Shown here piece after piece: positions 25,514 to 38,889 of a DNA stretch of 64,000 bases (positions are counted from its first letter, which is position 1; the number at the start of each line of letters is the position of its first letter). Location: the NCBI GenBank assembly GCA_964016885.1, contig OZ024740.1, positions 255,502,001 to 255,566,000 on the forward strand, in the 5' to 3' direction. Both the position numbers and the translations under genes were made by a program. The stretch is from Eledone cirrhosa (taxonomy: Eukaryota). The notes under the pieces are model-generated. The model worked only from the letters and a program-made list of their open reading frames with translations, ran no database searches and was not told the origin of the DNA.

Positions 25514-25625
25514 CCGAATTGGTGTGGTAGAGACAGGTACACAAACAACATATACTCAAAATTTGTATATATATATACGTATACAATATATTAGTAAATG
25601 GAAACTATATTTATAAAACCATATT

Positions 25626-25690
25626 TATTTTATTATATATATTTCAAGGGCAACCACGCAAATTATGTTGCGTTTTCATCAGATAAAATA
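25626..25690 (-). ncRNA. Type I hammerhead ribozyme in the PLE-B downstream pLTR
   Basis: tattttat-CTGATGA-stem II-GAAA-tatata-TA-ataaaata: 8 bp stem I, palindromic stem III. Confidence 0.75.
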
Positions 25691-26242
25691 CAGATTTGTT
25701 TTATAAATAAATATTGACATACCCGGAAAAAAGACAACCATAACGGTTGGAGCTTCCTGGATAGTGGAGATAATATTTTATTGAGGGTAATACAAAGTTA
25801 TGAGTGAGTATGCAAATGAGTGTCCGAAAAATTGAAAAGATAACGGTATATTTAAATTAAACTGTTGGAAGAAGAGGATATGTAAGGGAGAGAGAAGAAA
25901 AGGAAGGAGAAAGAGAGAAGAAGAAAGGAAAAACGATTATACATAGTGATAGTGAAGATAATCAAAGTGAACGAGGAAATAAATTTTAATGGAAGAATAT
26001 ACAAGACGTAAATATATCTAAGTGAAAGAAGAAGTGAAAGAAGAAATAAGATTAACGTGGAAGAATAATATTCAGAATGTAGGGTTCATTACGTTGTGAT
26101 TATAATATTTATAATGATAAGTTGAAAATTAAATATTTAAAAATATTATTTAAAATTAAAATTAAAGATTAAAAATCAAAATTAAAGATTAAAAATTAAA
26201 ATTTACTTTAATATTAAAAATTTAATTTAATATTAATATTAA

Positions 26243-26662
26243 AATAAAAAATAAAAAATAAAAAATAAAAAATAAAAAATAAAAAATAAAAAATAAAAAA
26301 TAAAAAATAAAAAATAAAAAATAAAAAATAAAAAATAAAAAATAAAAAATAAAAAATAAAAAATAAAAAATAAAAAATAAAAAATAAAAAATAAAAAATA
26401 AAAAATAAAAAATAAAAAATAAAAAATAAAAAATAAAAAATAAAAAATAAAAAATAAAAAATAAAAAATAAAAAATAAAAAATAAAAAATAAAAAATAAA
26501 AAATAAAAAATAAAAAATAAAAAATAAAAAATAAAAAATAAAAAATAAAAAATAAAAAATAAAAAATAAAAAATAAAAAATAAAAAATAAAAAATAAAAA
26601 ATAAAAAATAAAAAATAAAAAATAAAAAATAAAAAATAAAAAATAAAAAATAAAAAATAAAA
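26243..26662. repeat. (TAAAAAA)n heptamer array, ~60 units, inside the PLE-B repeat
   Basis: Direct reading. Confidence 0.95.
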
Positions 26663-29600
26663 TTTAAAACAAGTATTTTTATTATATTAAGATGTATTAG
26701 TAATAATATATTGGTTTAAATGTGTATGTTATGGATTATAAATTATTTAAATGTATAGTATTTTACATTGGAGAAAATCTAGTATAGTTTATTTGATTAA
26801 AGTAAGTTTGGCAAAATTATATTTATTAATAGTTGTAAGTCAAAACTTAAACATCCAAATAATTCCAAATTTATGAAAATTTACGAGAGTTTATAAAGGA
26901 ATAACTACTTAATTAGATTATAAAAACAGTAAGGAAGTATAAAGGAAGTGAGAAGTGATTTTTTAAGAACTCAAATGACTCGATGGATACATAAAAAACA
27001 AAAAAAAAATGTTTTCTTTATTTTTATGAGAAGTCATAAATGTTATAAAGTTAAAAAAATTATCTTAAGAATATAATTAAAACATAAACCATAAGTTATT
27101 TTAAAGAAGTCATAAATTTATTTTAAGAATATAATTAAAACATAAATCATAGGTTATTTTATAAGGAGTCGTAAATATTTTTAAAACGTAAACCATAGGT
27201 TATTCCACATATATATAAAAACCTTACGTTATTCCACATATATATAAATATTTGGATATATATTAAAAATGTTTTTGAAGATATAAAATATTGGAAGATA
27301 TGAAAATAATGGTTTTTCCATATCTTTCAAAAGAACTTTCAAAAGTTTTACCAAGAATTTTCTAAAACCTTCAGAAAGTCTTTTAAAGAAAATTTTTCTT
27401 AAAAGAATTTCAAGTAGTCATATAAAAAGGTTATAATCTATTGATAAGTGTAATAATATAAAGTATATTTATGAAGTAGAGATAATAGAAAGTAAATTAA
27501 ATATACATGAATTATATATAGATATAATCTGAGGGATGAAGTTGTAGGTGGTTGGATATAGAAAACGTTATGTAAAGGAGATTAACCAAATATTACATTT
27601 TATATATATATCTAAAAGTTGAGTTTAAATGATGTTTACAAGAACTAAATAAATTATTACGCAAATTAATAGTTCTTACTTTTTAGTATAAAGAATATTT
27701 CTTCAACGCAAAGGGAGCAATTTTTGGATAGAGCTGTGTATGATGGAGCTTGGAGATAATTTCCCAAGATAAAGAATAGTTAATATTCTTGGATGTTAAG
27801 TTCCATAATAAGTTGGATAGAGAAGTTGAAGATTTTTTACCAATATTCGTAAAGAAACATTTATGGTTATTGAAACGAGATTTGAAGGCTGTGGAAGTAG
27901 AGCCGACATAGTTAAAGGAATTTTCATTGGTTTTGACATTACAATAGTATACTATATTTTTAACTAAACAGTTATTATTTAGAGGACATTTAGATTTATT
28001 TCTACAATCACATTTATCTGAATTTATATTATTGGGAGCCGTAACATGATATTGGATATTGCTAGAGGTATTAATGTTATTCTGGTTAGGTTTTAAGTTT
28101 CTATTATTAATTCTATTAATATTCTGCGCTAAATTCATAGTGGTAGAATATGATAGTTTAATAGTATGATTGAGTAATACCTGTGTGTCTTAGGAAAACA
28201 CTTATCTAGAGCTTTAAAAAATAGTTTAGCTATTGGAGTTTTAATACTTAATGAAAAAGGGGGAGCGAACCATAATATATTTCTAGTTCTATTTCTTCTT
28301 TTGATTTTCGAGTTAGTGCAAGGTTTCCTATTATAATTATAATTATAGTTATGGTTAATTGGCACATCCTTATTATCAATGTATTTAATTTCATTACTAT
28401 AACCTGCTCTACTTAACGCTTCATTATAATATTGTGCCTTATCTTCAAATATATTTTTATTCGCTGAAATTCTAGAAATACGTTGCTGCAAAGAATTTAC
28501 AATAGTGTTTTTAACGGATCTGGGTAATTAGAATTAAAGTTAACATTGTTTAAATTCTCATTGATTTTATGAAATGGATAATAAAGACCAGTATTAAGGT
28601 TTAAAGTTACATCTAACAAATTAACTATTTTATAATTATTCTCTACTTCTACGTTAAGTTTAAAGCTATTAAAAAAATTGTATAATTTCTTTTCTTTTCC
28701 TATTTATTTCACAATTATTATTATTTTCAATAAGCAATAGCATATCGTCACGATATAAACCACCGGTCATCTCTGGTATTTTCCTATGTAAAGTATTGTT
28801 AATAAAAAGCCCCACAAGATCCGTTAATTGCACTGAGTTCGATGACCCCATAGTGATATCGAAATTGTTATCCCTATCTGCTCTAGTCCAAAGGTGATTG
28901 CTAAATTTAATTAATGTTTTACGTGCAGTTAAGATGATGTGCATTTCGTTGCTAGATAAATCAGTATATTTAAATGCATATGTAAGGGCTTTATTAAGTA
29001 AATTAGGAGTGATAGATAAGTAATAATTAGCAATATCCAATTGAATGAATTTATTGTTATGCTTATATTTAATGTCCTTAAACCAGTCAATAACTTCATT
29101 AGTCCCATTCCATAATTTTAAATAAGATATTTCCTTAAGTTGTGGTATGATTCTATCTAAGATATTTTTGCTAAGTATGCCAAGGTCCGATTTGGATGGT
29201 GCAATCAGTCTAACTGGTAATTCAATTTCAAAATTTCTTTTATGGTCCTTCAAATTAATTTTTGGTTTCCTAGGTATGAAGGGTTGAGTCCTATTTTCGA
29301 TGCCTAATTCCTGCATTATATGAGAAGCTTCAGTATTTAGTCGTTCAAGGTCATCATTGGCTGCTCTTTTGTAATTTTTCCTTAATTCCTTCAATATAAG
29401 ATTATTGTAATCATCCTTTTGCATTCCATAAAGATTGTTGGTTTTATCTGATTTAACAAGAATTTTTTCCGTTTTTTCAAAGTTTTCTATATTATTTTTG
29501 AGACATTTGAGGTAATCCTGGCCTACAAAATGATTTTTCTTAAATTTAATGTTTTGTATGATAGAAATAATCTTATTTTCAAATTCCATAAATAGTTTGT

Positions 29601-29991
29601 TGGAAGGTGAATTCTTTTTGGATTTGAAGATTCTATCAAGATTGGAAATATTTTCTTTCGCATCAGATTTTTTATCGAAATGAAAAGCACGCCATCTAAG
29701 TCTTCTTATAAACGAGTCCGATTTTTCGATAAGTTGTGTTAGAAAGTCCTTATTCTTAGGTAAAGGTATGTCTTTTAGAGAAGAAGAGATACTAAAGAAT
29801 TCCATTTTTAATCAGTTATAATTTAAAGCGCTCAACAATAAAGGAGCTAAATATATGCAGAGGTTATATTTAATTTGTTGGGATTCAACAAGCTTAAAAC
29901 ATTTTTATAACTGATATAAAGCACTCAACAGCTTAGTGGAGTAAATACACAATACATTAATAAATGGAAACTATATTTATAAAACCATATT

Positions 29992-30057
29992 TATTTTATT
30001 ATATATATTTCAAGGGCAACCAAGGCAAATTATGTTGCGTTTTCATCAGATAAAATA
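29992..30057 (-). ncRNA. Type I hammerhead ribozyme in the PLE-B upstream pLTR, ~190 nt before the ORF start
   Basis: Near-identical to 25626..25690. Confidence 0.75.
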
Positions 30058-31171
30058 CAGATTTGTTTTATAAATAAATATTGACATACCCGGAAAAAAG
30101 ACAACCATAACGGTTGGAGCTTCCTGGATAGTGGAGATAATATTTTATTGAGGGTAATACAAAGTTATGAGTGAGTATGCAAATGAGTGTCCGAAATATT
30201 GAAAAGATAACGGTATATTTAAATTAAACTGTTGGAAGAAGAGGATATGTAAGGGAGAGAGAAGAAAAGTAAGGAGAAAGAGAGAAGAAGAAAGGAAAAA
30301 CGATTATACATAGTGATAGTGAAGATAATCAAAGTGAACGAGGAAATAAATTTTAATGGAAGAATATACAGGACGTAAATATATCTAAGTGAAAGAAGAA
30401 GTGAAAGAAGAAATAAGATTAACGTGGAAGAATAATATTCAGAATGTAGGGTTCATTACGTTGATTATAATATTTATAATGATAAGTTGAAAATTAAATA
30501 TTTAAAAATATTATTTAAAATTAAAATTAAAAATTAAAAATCAAAATTAAAGATTAAAAATTAAAATTTACTTTAATATTAAAAATTTAATTTAATATTA
30601 AAATTAAAAATTAAAAATTAAAAATTAAAAATTAAAAATTAAAAATTAAAAATTAAAAATTAAAAATTAAAAATTAAAAATTAAAAATTAAAAATTAAGC
30701 ATTAAAATTAAAACAGAAGTATGTATATTATATTAAGATGTATTAGTAATAATATATTGGTTTAGATGTGTATGTTATGGATTATAAATTATTTAAATGT
30801 ACAGTATTTTACATTGGAGAAAATCTAGTATAGTTTATTTGATTAAAGTAAGTTTGGCAAAATTATATTTATTAATAGTTGTAAGTCAAAACTTAAACAT
30901 CCAAATAATTCCAAATTTATGAAAATTTACGAGAGTTTATAAAGGAATAACTACTTAATTAGATTATAAAAACAGTAAGGAAGTATAAAGGAAGTGAGAA
31001 GTGATTTTTAAGAACTCAAATGACTCCAAGGAGACATAATAAAACCTTTTAAAAAATAAAAAAATAATTTTTTTTTAATTTTTATCTTTATTTTTATTTT
31101 TATGAGAAGTCATAAATGTTATTTTTTTATTTTTTTAACTTGTTGAATCTCCAAAAATTAAATATAACCTC

Positions 31172-31243
<72 letters not shown>

Positions 31244-31363
31244 GTATGCATCCCTATATACATTCCCTGCCACAGTTATCAAACTTATATACATATATTT
31301 GTATCTACATATATATGGATGTATTTATATATCTATCTCTCCCCCTCTCTCTCTCTATCTCTA

Positions 31364-31415
<52 letters not shown>

Positions 31416-31474
31416 GAGAGAGAGATAGAGATAGAGAGAGAGAGAGGGGGGGAGGGATAGATATATAAATACAT

Positions 31475-31577
<103 letters not shown>

Positions 31578-32145
31578 GTATATTCTTTTGTTAACCTGTT
31601 TAGCTTGCTTCGTTTTTTTGGCTCCGGTGGCTGATAGCTTCATCACCGCCGTTTTCAGCTTGTCTGGCCTCTATAACGTATGTTAATTGCACTGGTCTTC
31701 TTTTAGTCCATTGAGCGCTTGCCGCATATCTCCAATCCTGGTATTATCCATGAGGTTTCGAGCTTTCCAAGAGACTCCCTCAGTAGGACTAAAATGTCTA
31801 CAGTGATCGCTGCCAGAAATGAATTCAAAATGGGTAAGAACCATCACGTGGCTAGCGGTGAAAGTAGAAGGGTGCCAAGGGTAGGCAGAATGGCAGGTAG
31901 GTTGGCAGCTAGAAGGAGCAGTTAGTTACCAAAAGGAGTATAGAATAAATTCATAAGGATATATATGTATATATTTAGACATAATCATAGATACATATAT
32001 GTGTGTGGCTACCTTCCACGGTGTGGCTCAATGAAAAAATTAATTTATGTATATATATATATATATATATATGTATATTTATATAAATGGAAAAAGAATG
32101 AAACGAAATTTCATTTCTCACTCTTAGTACGGCTGATACTTAAAT

Positions 32146-32584
32146 GTAAGTATGTATACGTACATACATATATGTATACAGACGTACAGTAGTATGTATA
32201 TATATACATACATGCACACATATATATATATATGTACGTATGGGTTTACCGAACATTTATTATAATGTTCAGTTTGTTTATAAACAAACATCCCAAATTA
32301 CGCCGTACAATGTTCGGCAACCATCGTCGCCTTTTTGTTCAACACTGACATAGGAACGATGTACTAGTTTCAGCTTATTAGCTATCGTCAGCATCGTATA
32401 CCTTCCTGTCAGATGATTGAACGTTTGAAAGTATATACTTTCCTTTTTACAAACAAAGCGAACATTATAATAAATGTTCGATAAACCCATACGTACATAT
32501 ATATATGTGTGCATGTATGTATATATATACATATTACTGTACGTCTGTATACATATATGTATGTACGTATACAATACATACTTA
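32146..32584. mobile_element. MITE/fold-back-like element with ~135 bp inverted repeats
   Basis: ~32146..32279 is an imperfect reverse complement of ~32451..32584, with a ~170 bp non-coding core. Confidence 0.6.
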
Positions 32585-32598
32585 TACATACATACATA

Positions 32599-32663
<65 letters not shown>

Positions 32664-32898
32664 CTTAAAACTTACATTTTAAACTTAGTTCCGTTTATAT
32701 GAATATTTGTCTAGTTAATTTCTACGGACTAAGAGGAAAGATTAGGTAAATTTCATCTGACTGTTCCTCATAAAGGAATAACGATAACATTTATCTGTTT
32801 TTTATCCAAAGTTACATTTTAAACTTAGCTCCATATAAATGGATTAAGAAGAGAAACTGGGGAAATTTCATGTGACTGTTCTTCAAGCTTATACTCTT

Positions 32899-32969
<71 letters not shown>

Positions 32970-33211
32970 TTTTCTTTATTAACCACAAGGGTTCACATAA
33001 AGTAGACATTAAGGACAGTACAGGACAATACAGGACGGTACAAATGGGCATTTCTGCGTGTAAAAAAACAGAGGTTGAAATAAAATAACAAAGAAAAATT
33101 CCCCAATAGGGGGGAGACTTCCAAGGGACATTTGTGGAGAAAGCCCATTAAAAGACCACAGTGGCCCTGACCACCAGGGCAAGTGCCCTCTCCCAGTTTT
33201 CCACCTTTAAT

Positions 33212-36200
33212 TTACAGACACATACTCAGAGAAGGCCCATTCATTCGGGCCATACTTGCTTCTCTCACCCATCTTTCAACAAAATGCTGGGAAGAGAGCA
33301 CTTCCCTCTCTACCCTGATTTTCCTTTTCAAATGAAATTTGAAAAAGTTAATCAGGGCATCACCGAAGAGGTAAGTTCTCGTCTTCAGCCCTTTCAAACG
33401 TGTCCACCATACTATCTCTTTTGCCATGGCCACCAGACAGATAAAAACTGCCTGCCCTTCCAGGCTAAAGGAAGGGGGTGGGGCAATCCTCACGATGGAC
33501 TCAGCTGATAGCTGGATCCGTCCTACACGTGACAGCAGGTGTTCGACATAAACCCACAAGTCAGCAATGTTCGGACACTGGACGAGTGCGTGCAGGACGG
33601 TTTCGTCGCCCTGCGCGCATCTCGGACATGCCCGGCTGACGGCACCTCCATGCCTGTAGAGTTTATCCCGAACTGGCAAAGCTCCTCGGTAGCACTGCCA
33701 GGCCAGGGATTTCTGGAAGTTGTCCATAGGCCCCGGCCCGAAAGTCCTTCCGAAGAGATTGGCTAGTTGACTTTCGTCGACGCCTAGAGTTTCTCCAAGT
33801 ACGTCGTCGCTCTTCCCCTCCACTAATCCCCTATAGAACGCCAAGGTGGAGTTTCCACCGATCACATTGCCCGATTGGTCGAGGGCTGTGAGCGCCTGAA
33901 GACATTCCAGTCTCCAAGCGCTCCCACTCGGTCTTCGCTTGACCCAGGACTGCAGCTCCGTCAAGGAGACGAGCTGGGGAAAAACGTGTCTTGCAAACGG
34001 CGACCACACCTGATCACCGTCGAGGAAGAGGTGGAGATGTCGTAGCCTGAGCGCGTGTCTGCGCATCATCAGCCACGGCATGCCCAGCCCTCCACGTAGC
34101 GGGTGTTGACAGCAGATGGACCGCCTGACCATCGGAGCGCGTCCCTTCCACAAGAAGCGAAAGAGCAAACGCTCCAGCGCAGTCAGGCGGGGCTTAGGAC
34201 AAGGTACGACGGTCAGGCGGTAGTAGATGACGGATGCGATATACGCATTCGCCACCTCCGCTCGACCTTTCAGGGATAGCTTCCTCTCGGCCCATTTCTG
34301 GGTGAGAGAAGCCACCCTGCTCGTCACCTCGTCCCAGTTTTTGTCCGTCTGGAGGTCTGGACCGAACCAGACCCCTAGCAATTTAACCGGTCCGTCCGTC
34401 CAGCGCCCGACGACGCTGTTGGACGGCATGGACCTGCCTCTCCAGGTGCCGAGCTGCAGGCCCACTGACTTTTCCTGGTTGATCATTGCTCCTGTCACCG
34501 CTTCGTATTCTCTTAGTGTAGTGCCGATCGCCTCGATGTGTTTGGCGCTCGACACCACTACGGTGACATCGTCGGCATATGCTGACACGGATCTTCCGCA
34601 TCCTAGTTCGCGCGGGACCCCCCCTCAACGTCTCCAGTTTTTTGCAGTAATGGCTCGAGAGTCAATACGTACAATAGGGACGAGAGGGGACATCCTTGGC
34701 GGACCGAGCGCATGATGTTGAACGGTTCCGAAAGGTGACCGTTCACTCTCACTACAGAGCAGATGTCGCTGTGCATGGCAGTGATCCAGCCTCTGAAGAC
34801 GGGCCCAAAGCCAGCCGCCCTCAGGACTGCCGCTAGGTAACGATGGTCGACCCTATCGAAGGCTTTCGACTGATCTAAATTGATCAAAGACCCACCCGTG
34901 CCAGGTTCCCTAGCTACCCTCTCTACGATGTATCGCATGAGGTGGAGGTTGTCGTGGATGGATCTGTCGGGAATGGCGCATGTCTGTGCCTCTCCCACCA
35001 GACCACCAACGACAAGCGCCAACCTCTTTGCTAGCACCTTGGCCAAAATCTTGAACTCTGTGTTTAGCAGAGTTATGGGCCTAAAATTATCTATGTTATC
35101 CCCTTTGTTCGGATCCTTTCTCAGCAGCGCCACCGCTCCTCGGCTCACAGAGCTGGGAATTCTCCCGTTCTGTTGCCAGTTGCAGTAGACGTCCGCCAAG
35201 AGGCCTCCGAACAAGTTTGGCATTTGTACGTAAAGTTCATAGGGCAGACCATCCAAACCAGGCGATTTGCCCCTTGTGCAACTAGTCATTGCATCCCGTA
35301 CTTCAGCGGTTGTTATCGGCTTTTCGCAACACTCCGCCTCAGTGGCCGAAAGCCGCGGCAGTCCGTCGAGGTAGACACTAAAGTCCATCCCTCGATCCGG
35401 CCCGCCACTGCCCCCGAACAGTTGAGCGAAGTGTCGCTGAAAAGCTTCACACATTTGCCCGGGATCGAGTAGCATGCGCCCGTCGTGGTCCACCAAAGAC
35501 CGGATCGTGGCTTTGTTGCCACGACGCGCCTCCGCCACTCGGGCCCATTGAACGGCTTTCGTTCCCTCGTGTCTGAGAGCACGCACCCTAGCTCTGACAA
35601 CGCAGCCTTCGTGCTTTGCATTGAAGAATTGGTCAAGGGCCAATTTCGCCGCAAGTACGTCGGTCGCGATGCCTTTGCTAAGCGCCTCATCTAATTTTCT
35701 AACTAATTCTCCCTCTGCTCTATTTTTCTCTATTGCTAAAGTCTTACTAAACCTAATGGACTCTATTCTAATTGCTCTTTTCAGAGCAAACCACCACTTG
35801 TTGTTGACGATGGCCCCCGTCAACGCCCGCTTAACTAGTTCGCTAATCCGGTCTCTGTAGGCCTTGCGCGCTGGTAAGGACGCGTTTAGCTTCCAGTAGC
35901 CGGGTCCTCGTCTACGAAGCCTATCTAAGTCAAGCACACAGATCACGAATTTGTGGTCCGTGTAGCTGACTATCTTGAATTGTGGACAGCCTATGCTAGA
36001 CCTATCTATTTCCCTACAAAATACTCTATCTAGATATGATCTGGATGACCCTATGCGATTTGTCCAAGTCCACATTGGTACATTCGGGAAATCCATTCGG
36101 TACCTGTCAGACAGTTCAAAACGTCTGAGCAGGTTGGTGAGACTCTTGCACCCTCCTTCCCTATCCCACACAATCCCAGCGTGCATCTAAGATCCCGTTC

Positions 36201-36625
36201 CAGTCGCCCACTAACACTAAAGAGCGGGACGTTCCAAGAAAGGTCTCCAGACGCCGGAAGAAATCAGGCCGCCCTGCTCCTGTCGGGGCATAGACGGCCA
36301 CTAACCTGAAAGCTTGCCCGTCTCCGCTGGTCACGTCCAGCACCACCAACTTACCTTCTGGGTCCAGGAAGATGGCCCGTATGGCAAGATCCAAACCTCT
36401 CCGAAAAAACACAGCAACTCCTCCCCCCGATCCCGGACGGCTGGGAGATGCGTACACATCGTAGCCGCCGAAGATCGGTGCGAAAGCCTGTGCTTCGGAG
36501 ATTCTGGTCTCGCTGATGGCCACTACATCTATGTTTAGTGACCTGAGGTCGTTGAGCAGGTGGCCCTGCTTCCATGACGACCCCAAGCCACGCGCATTTA
36601 TGCTGCCTATTCTGAGTGAGGTCAT
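33212..36625 (-). pseudogene. Tx1 ORF2 APE-RT-CCHC with two frameshifts (~36165 and ~34640)
   Basis: 36625..36161 (APE N-half), 36186..34603 (APE C-half, KSPGLDG, RPITLLN, QGCPLS) and 34588..33212 (YADD, CCHC). Confidence 0.92.
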
Positions 36626-36659
36626 GTTGAAAAGGAGTGGAAAAGATGGGAAAGACCAC

Positions 36660-38519
36660 TTACCTTACTTCTCGTAGGGGAAGGACGGCTTTTCCATCCT
36701 TTTCACTGTTTGTGGCCTCCTCAGGAAGGATGTCCTTATAAATCCTCCTGGAGAGTGCTTGTCGGAAGTCTCCGATGTCTTTGGGGAATTTTTGTTTTAG
36801 TGTCATGTACGTTTTCTGTGTGATGCGAGTGATTTGTATGTGTGGAGGTGGTGTGAATTTTGGGGTTGTTGTGTAGTCTTTTTCTGTGATGCTGGTGTTG
36901 TGTTGGATGTAGTGTAATAATTGCTTGTTGTTCAAATTTAATGCTGTGTAGTGTGTATCGTTTTGGTTGTTTTGTTTTGTTTGCGTTTGTTGTGGGTTTG
37001 TTTCTGTTTCGAATTTTGGTGACTTTTGTGGTGTAGGTGATGGTGGTGTTGGAGTTAATGATGGTGATGGTGTTGGTGTTTGGGTTGATGGGGTTGGTGA
37101 TGCTGGTGTGGATGGTGGCATATCTGTCCTAACTTTTTTGTTTCTTAGTTTATTTGTTTCCCTCTGTATTTTGTTTTTGGAGGGGGAAGGAAGAGAATTT
37201 TTTCTTTTTTGGTTTCTTTTTTTTTTTCCGGATATCGTTTCCCACTCCTCGTCGTCACAATCTGTCTCCAGTTGTGATAGGCCGGGGAGTGGAAAATCCT
37301 CCACAGCCGTTAGTTTTGGTTGTGGTGTGGTGGATGGTGTAGGCGCTGGTGCTAGTTCTGAAGCGTTGGGTGGTGGTGGTGTTGGTTTTGCTGGTGGTGG
37401 TAGTGGTGTTGGTTTTGCTACTGTTGCTGGGGTTGTTGCTGTTATAGTTGCTTCTGTTGTTGCTGCTACAGTTGTTGCTGCCATCTCTGCTACTGGTGGT
37501 GTTGATGGTTTTGTCACTGGGGTGGGTAGGAGAGGTGGCCTCAACCTTTTAGCCTGAGGGCAGAAAGCCCTTAGGTGGGTTCCTTCACCACAAACGACAC
37601 ACCTATGTCTTCTGCCCTCGACAATTACCGTGAGGTGGCTGCCGTCAGTGAGGTCTATTACCTCTGGGATCTCCTCAATGCTTTTTTGGTCCGCTTGGAT
37701 CAGGAGCTCCATCCCAGATCCGGACCAGTTTTCCTGCTTTTCTTTTGCTACTGCTATTATTTTCGTGTTGGCTTCGATGCCGGTGAGGACAGCCGCTATT
37801 AGCCAGGGAATTTCGATGGCCGGTGGAACGTGGGTCACCCTGATCTTTACGAGTCTCTGGCCACAATAGCTTGGGACGAGTGTGAAGTCGTCACTTTTTA
37901 ATGGGGCCATGGAGTGTTCTCTAGCCTCCTCTGGTGTTTCAAAGAACACATCCACGGTTCCATACTTTTGCCCACGTCTGATGTGGGTTTTTCTTGCCCA
38001 CACATGTCCCAAAGCTTTTTGGATTTGGGACTCGGATGCCCGTTCCACTCGGCGCGATTTTACATTTATTGTTCTATACGACACGGTGCACAGGCGCCGA
38101 TGCTCCATTTTATTAGGTGGGGGGGGGGGTGGGGTGAGGCTGACCCTGTACCCATCTTTCTTTACCATTTGTTTGGCATTTTCTAAATCTTCTTGGGTTA
38201 CCGTGAACGCTTCGAATTGTTTTGCTACGATGGCGAAACTGAGGGTCGGTTTTACAATGTCATTGTTGTTGTTGTTGCTATCGTTAATATTAATTTTATT
38301 TTCAGTTGTGGTGGTTGTGACGTCAGTCGTCTTTGGTGGGGAAGAGTCCATTTTGCTTGATTTCATTTCGACGTCACGAGTTAATTTATTTTTTTCTTCT
38401 TTTGTTTCTGTTGTCGCGGTGGTGGTGGTGGTGGTGGTTGTTGCGGTGGTGGTGGTGGTGGAGGGTTTAACACCTGCAGTCATTGGTAATGGCGGGAAAT
38501 GAATGTCTGCCTGAGACAA
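36660..38519 (-). CDS. LINE ORF1 type B, 619 aa, zinc knuckle CVVCGEGTHLRAFC
   Basis: Open frame ending 34 nt before the ORF2 ATG. Confidence 0.88.
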   Translation of the reverse strand: MSQADIHFPPLPMTAGVKPSTTTTTATTTTTTTTATTETKEEKNKLTRDVEMKSSKMDSSPPKTTDVTTTTTENKININDSNNNNNDIVKPTLSFAIVAKQFEAFTVTQEDLENAKQMVKKDGYRVSLTPPPPPPNKMEHRRLCTVSYRTINVKSRRVERASESQIQKALGHVWARKTHIRRGQKYGTVDVFFETPEEAREHSMAPLKSDDFTLVPSYCGQRLVKIRVTHVPPAIEIPWLIAAVLTGIEANTKIIAVAKEKQENWSGSGMELLIQADQKSIEEIPEVIDLTDGSHLTVIVEGRRHRCVVCGEGTHLRAFCPQAKRLRPPLLPTPVTKPSTPPVAEMAATTVAATTEATITATTPATVAKPTPLPPPAKPTPPPPNASELAPAPTPSTTPQPKLTAVEDFPLPGLSQLETDCDDEEWETISGKKKRNQKRKNSLPSPSKNKIQRETNKLRNKKVRTDMPPSTPASPTPSTQTPTPSPSLTPTPPSPTPQKSPKFETETNPQQTQTKQNNQNDTHYTALNLNNKQLLHYIQHNTSITEKDYTTTPKFTPPPHIQITRITQKTYMTLKQKFPKDIGDFRQALSRRIYKDILPEEATNSEKDGKAVLPLREVR

Positions 38520-38889
38520 ATTTAAAATATTGCTACTGCTTATATTTTTTTTTGTGTTGGCAAACGTAGTAACATTTACAATGGTGGTGTCGGTGTGCGT
38601 GTTATTTTGTGAGGAAGGCTTTCAGCTGCTTCGTGCAGAGGGGAATTAGCCATTTTTTTTCAAAGAAATTTTTGGATAATAATAAAAGTTAAAATTTTGG
38701 GCACAAGGCCCCAATCTTTTTGGGTGTCCTTTTCGGAAAACAATGTATGTGTGCTTATAAACAGTTTACAATAAAATTTTCCATAAATGGCAATTTTTAA
38801 ACAAACGGAAATAACAAAACTTTGCGGAGCTCACGATAATACGATTTCCTACGTAGGTCGCCAATAATAATAATAATAATAATAATAAT

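Larger units (their letters stand above)
25580..31178 (-). mobile_element. Penelope-like element B (Nematis-like), ORF ~29805..27600 frameshifted, with long direct repeats (~25594..27045 and ~29961..31122)
   Basis: LRWRAFHF, KSDKTNNLY, VRLIAPSKSDLG, FDITMGS, GLYRDD, then C-terminal NIVYYC..NYVGST (GIY-YIG). Both ends lie at (TA)n. Confidence 0.9.
32968..38862 (-). mobile_element. L1/Tx1-clade LINE copy 4, full length (~5.9 kb) and best preserved; ORF1 type B
   Basis: (TTA)n on the element sense strand at both ends. ORF1 is intact. ORF2 is in three pieces. Confidence 0.95.

Noticed and set aside
21745-29805. Selenocysteine (UGA) recoding as reported for Naiad-type PLEs
   Set aside because: Endonuclease is C-terminal, and the breaks are mostly frameshifts or TAA/TAG in decayed copies.
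21152-31122. Direct repeats read as LTRs of LTR retrotransposons
   Set aside because: No PBS, PPT, protease or integrase; the proteins are Penelope RT plus GIY-YIG.
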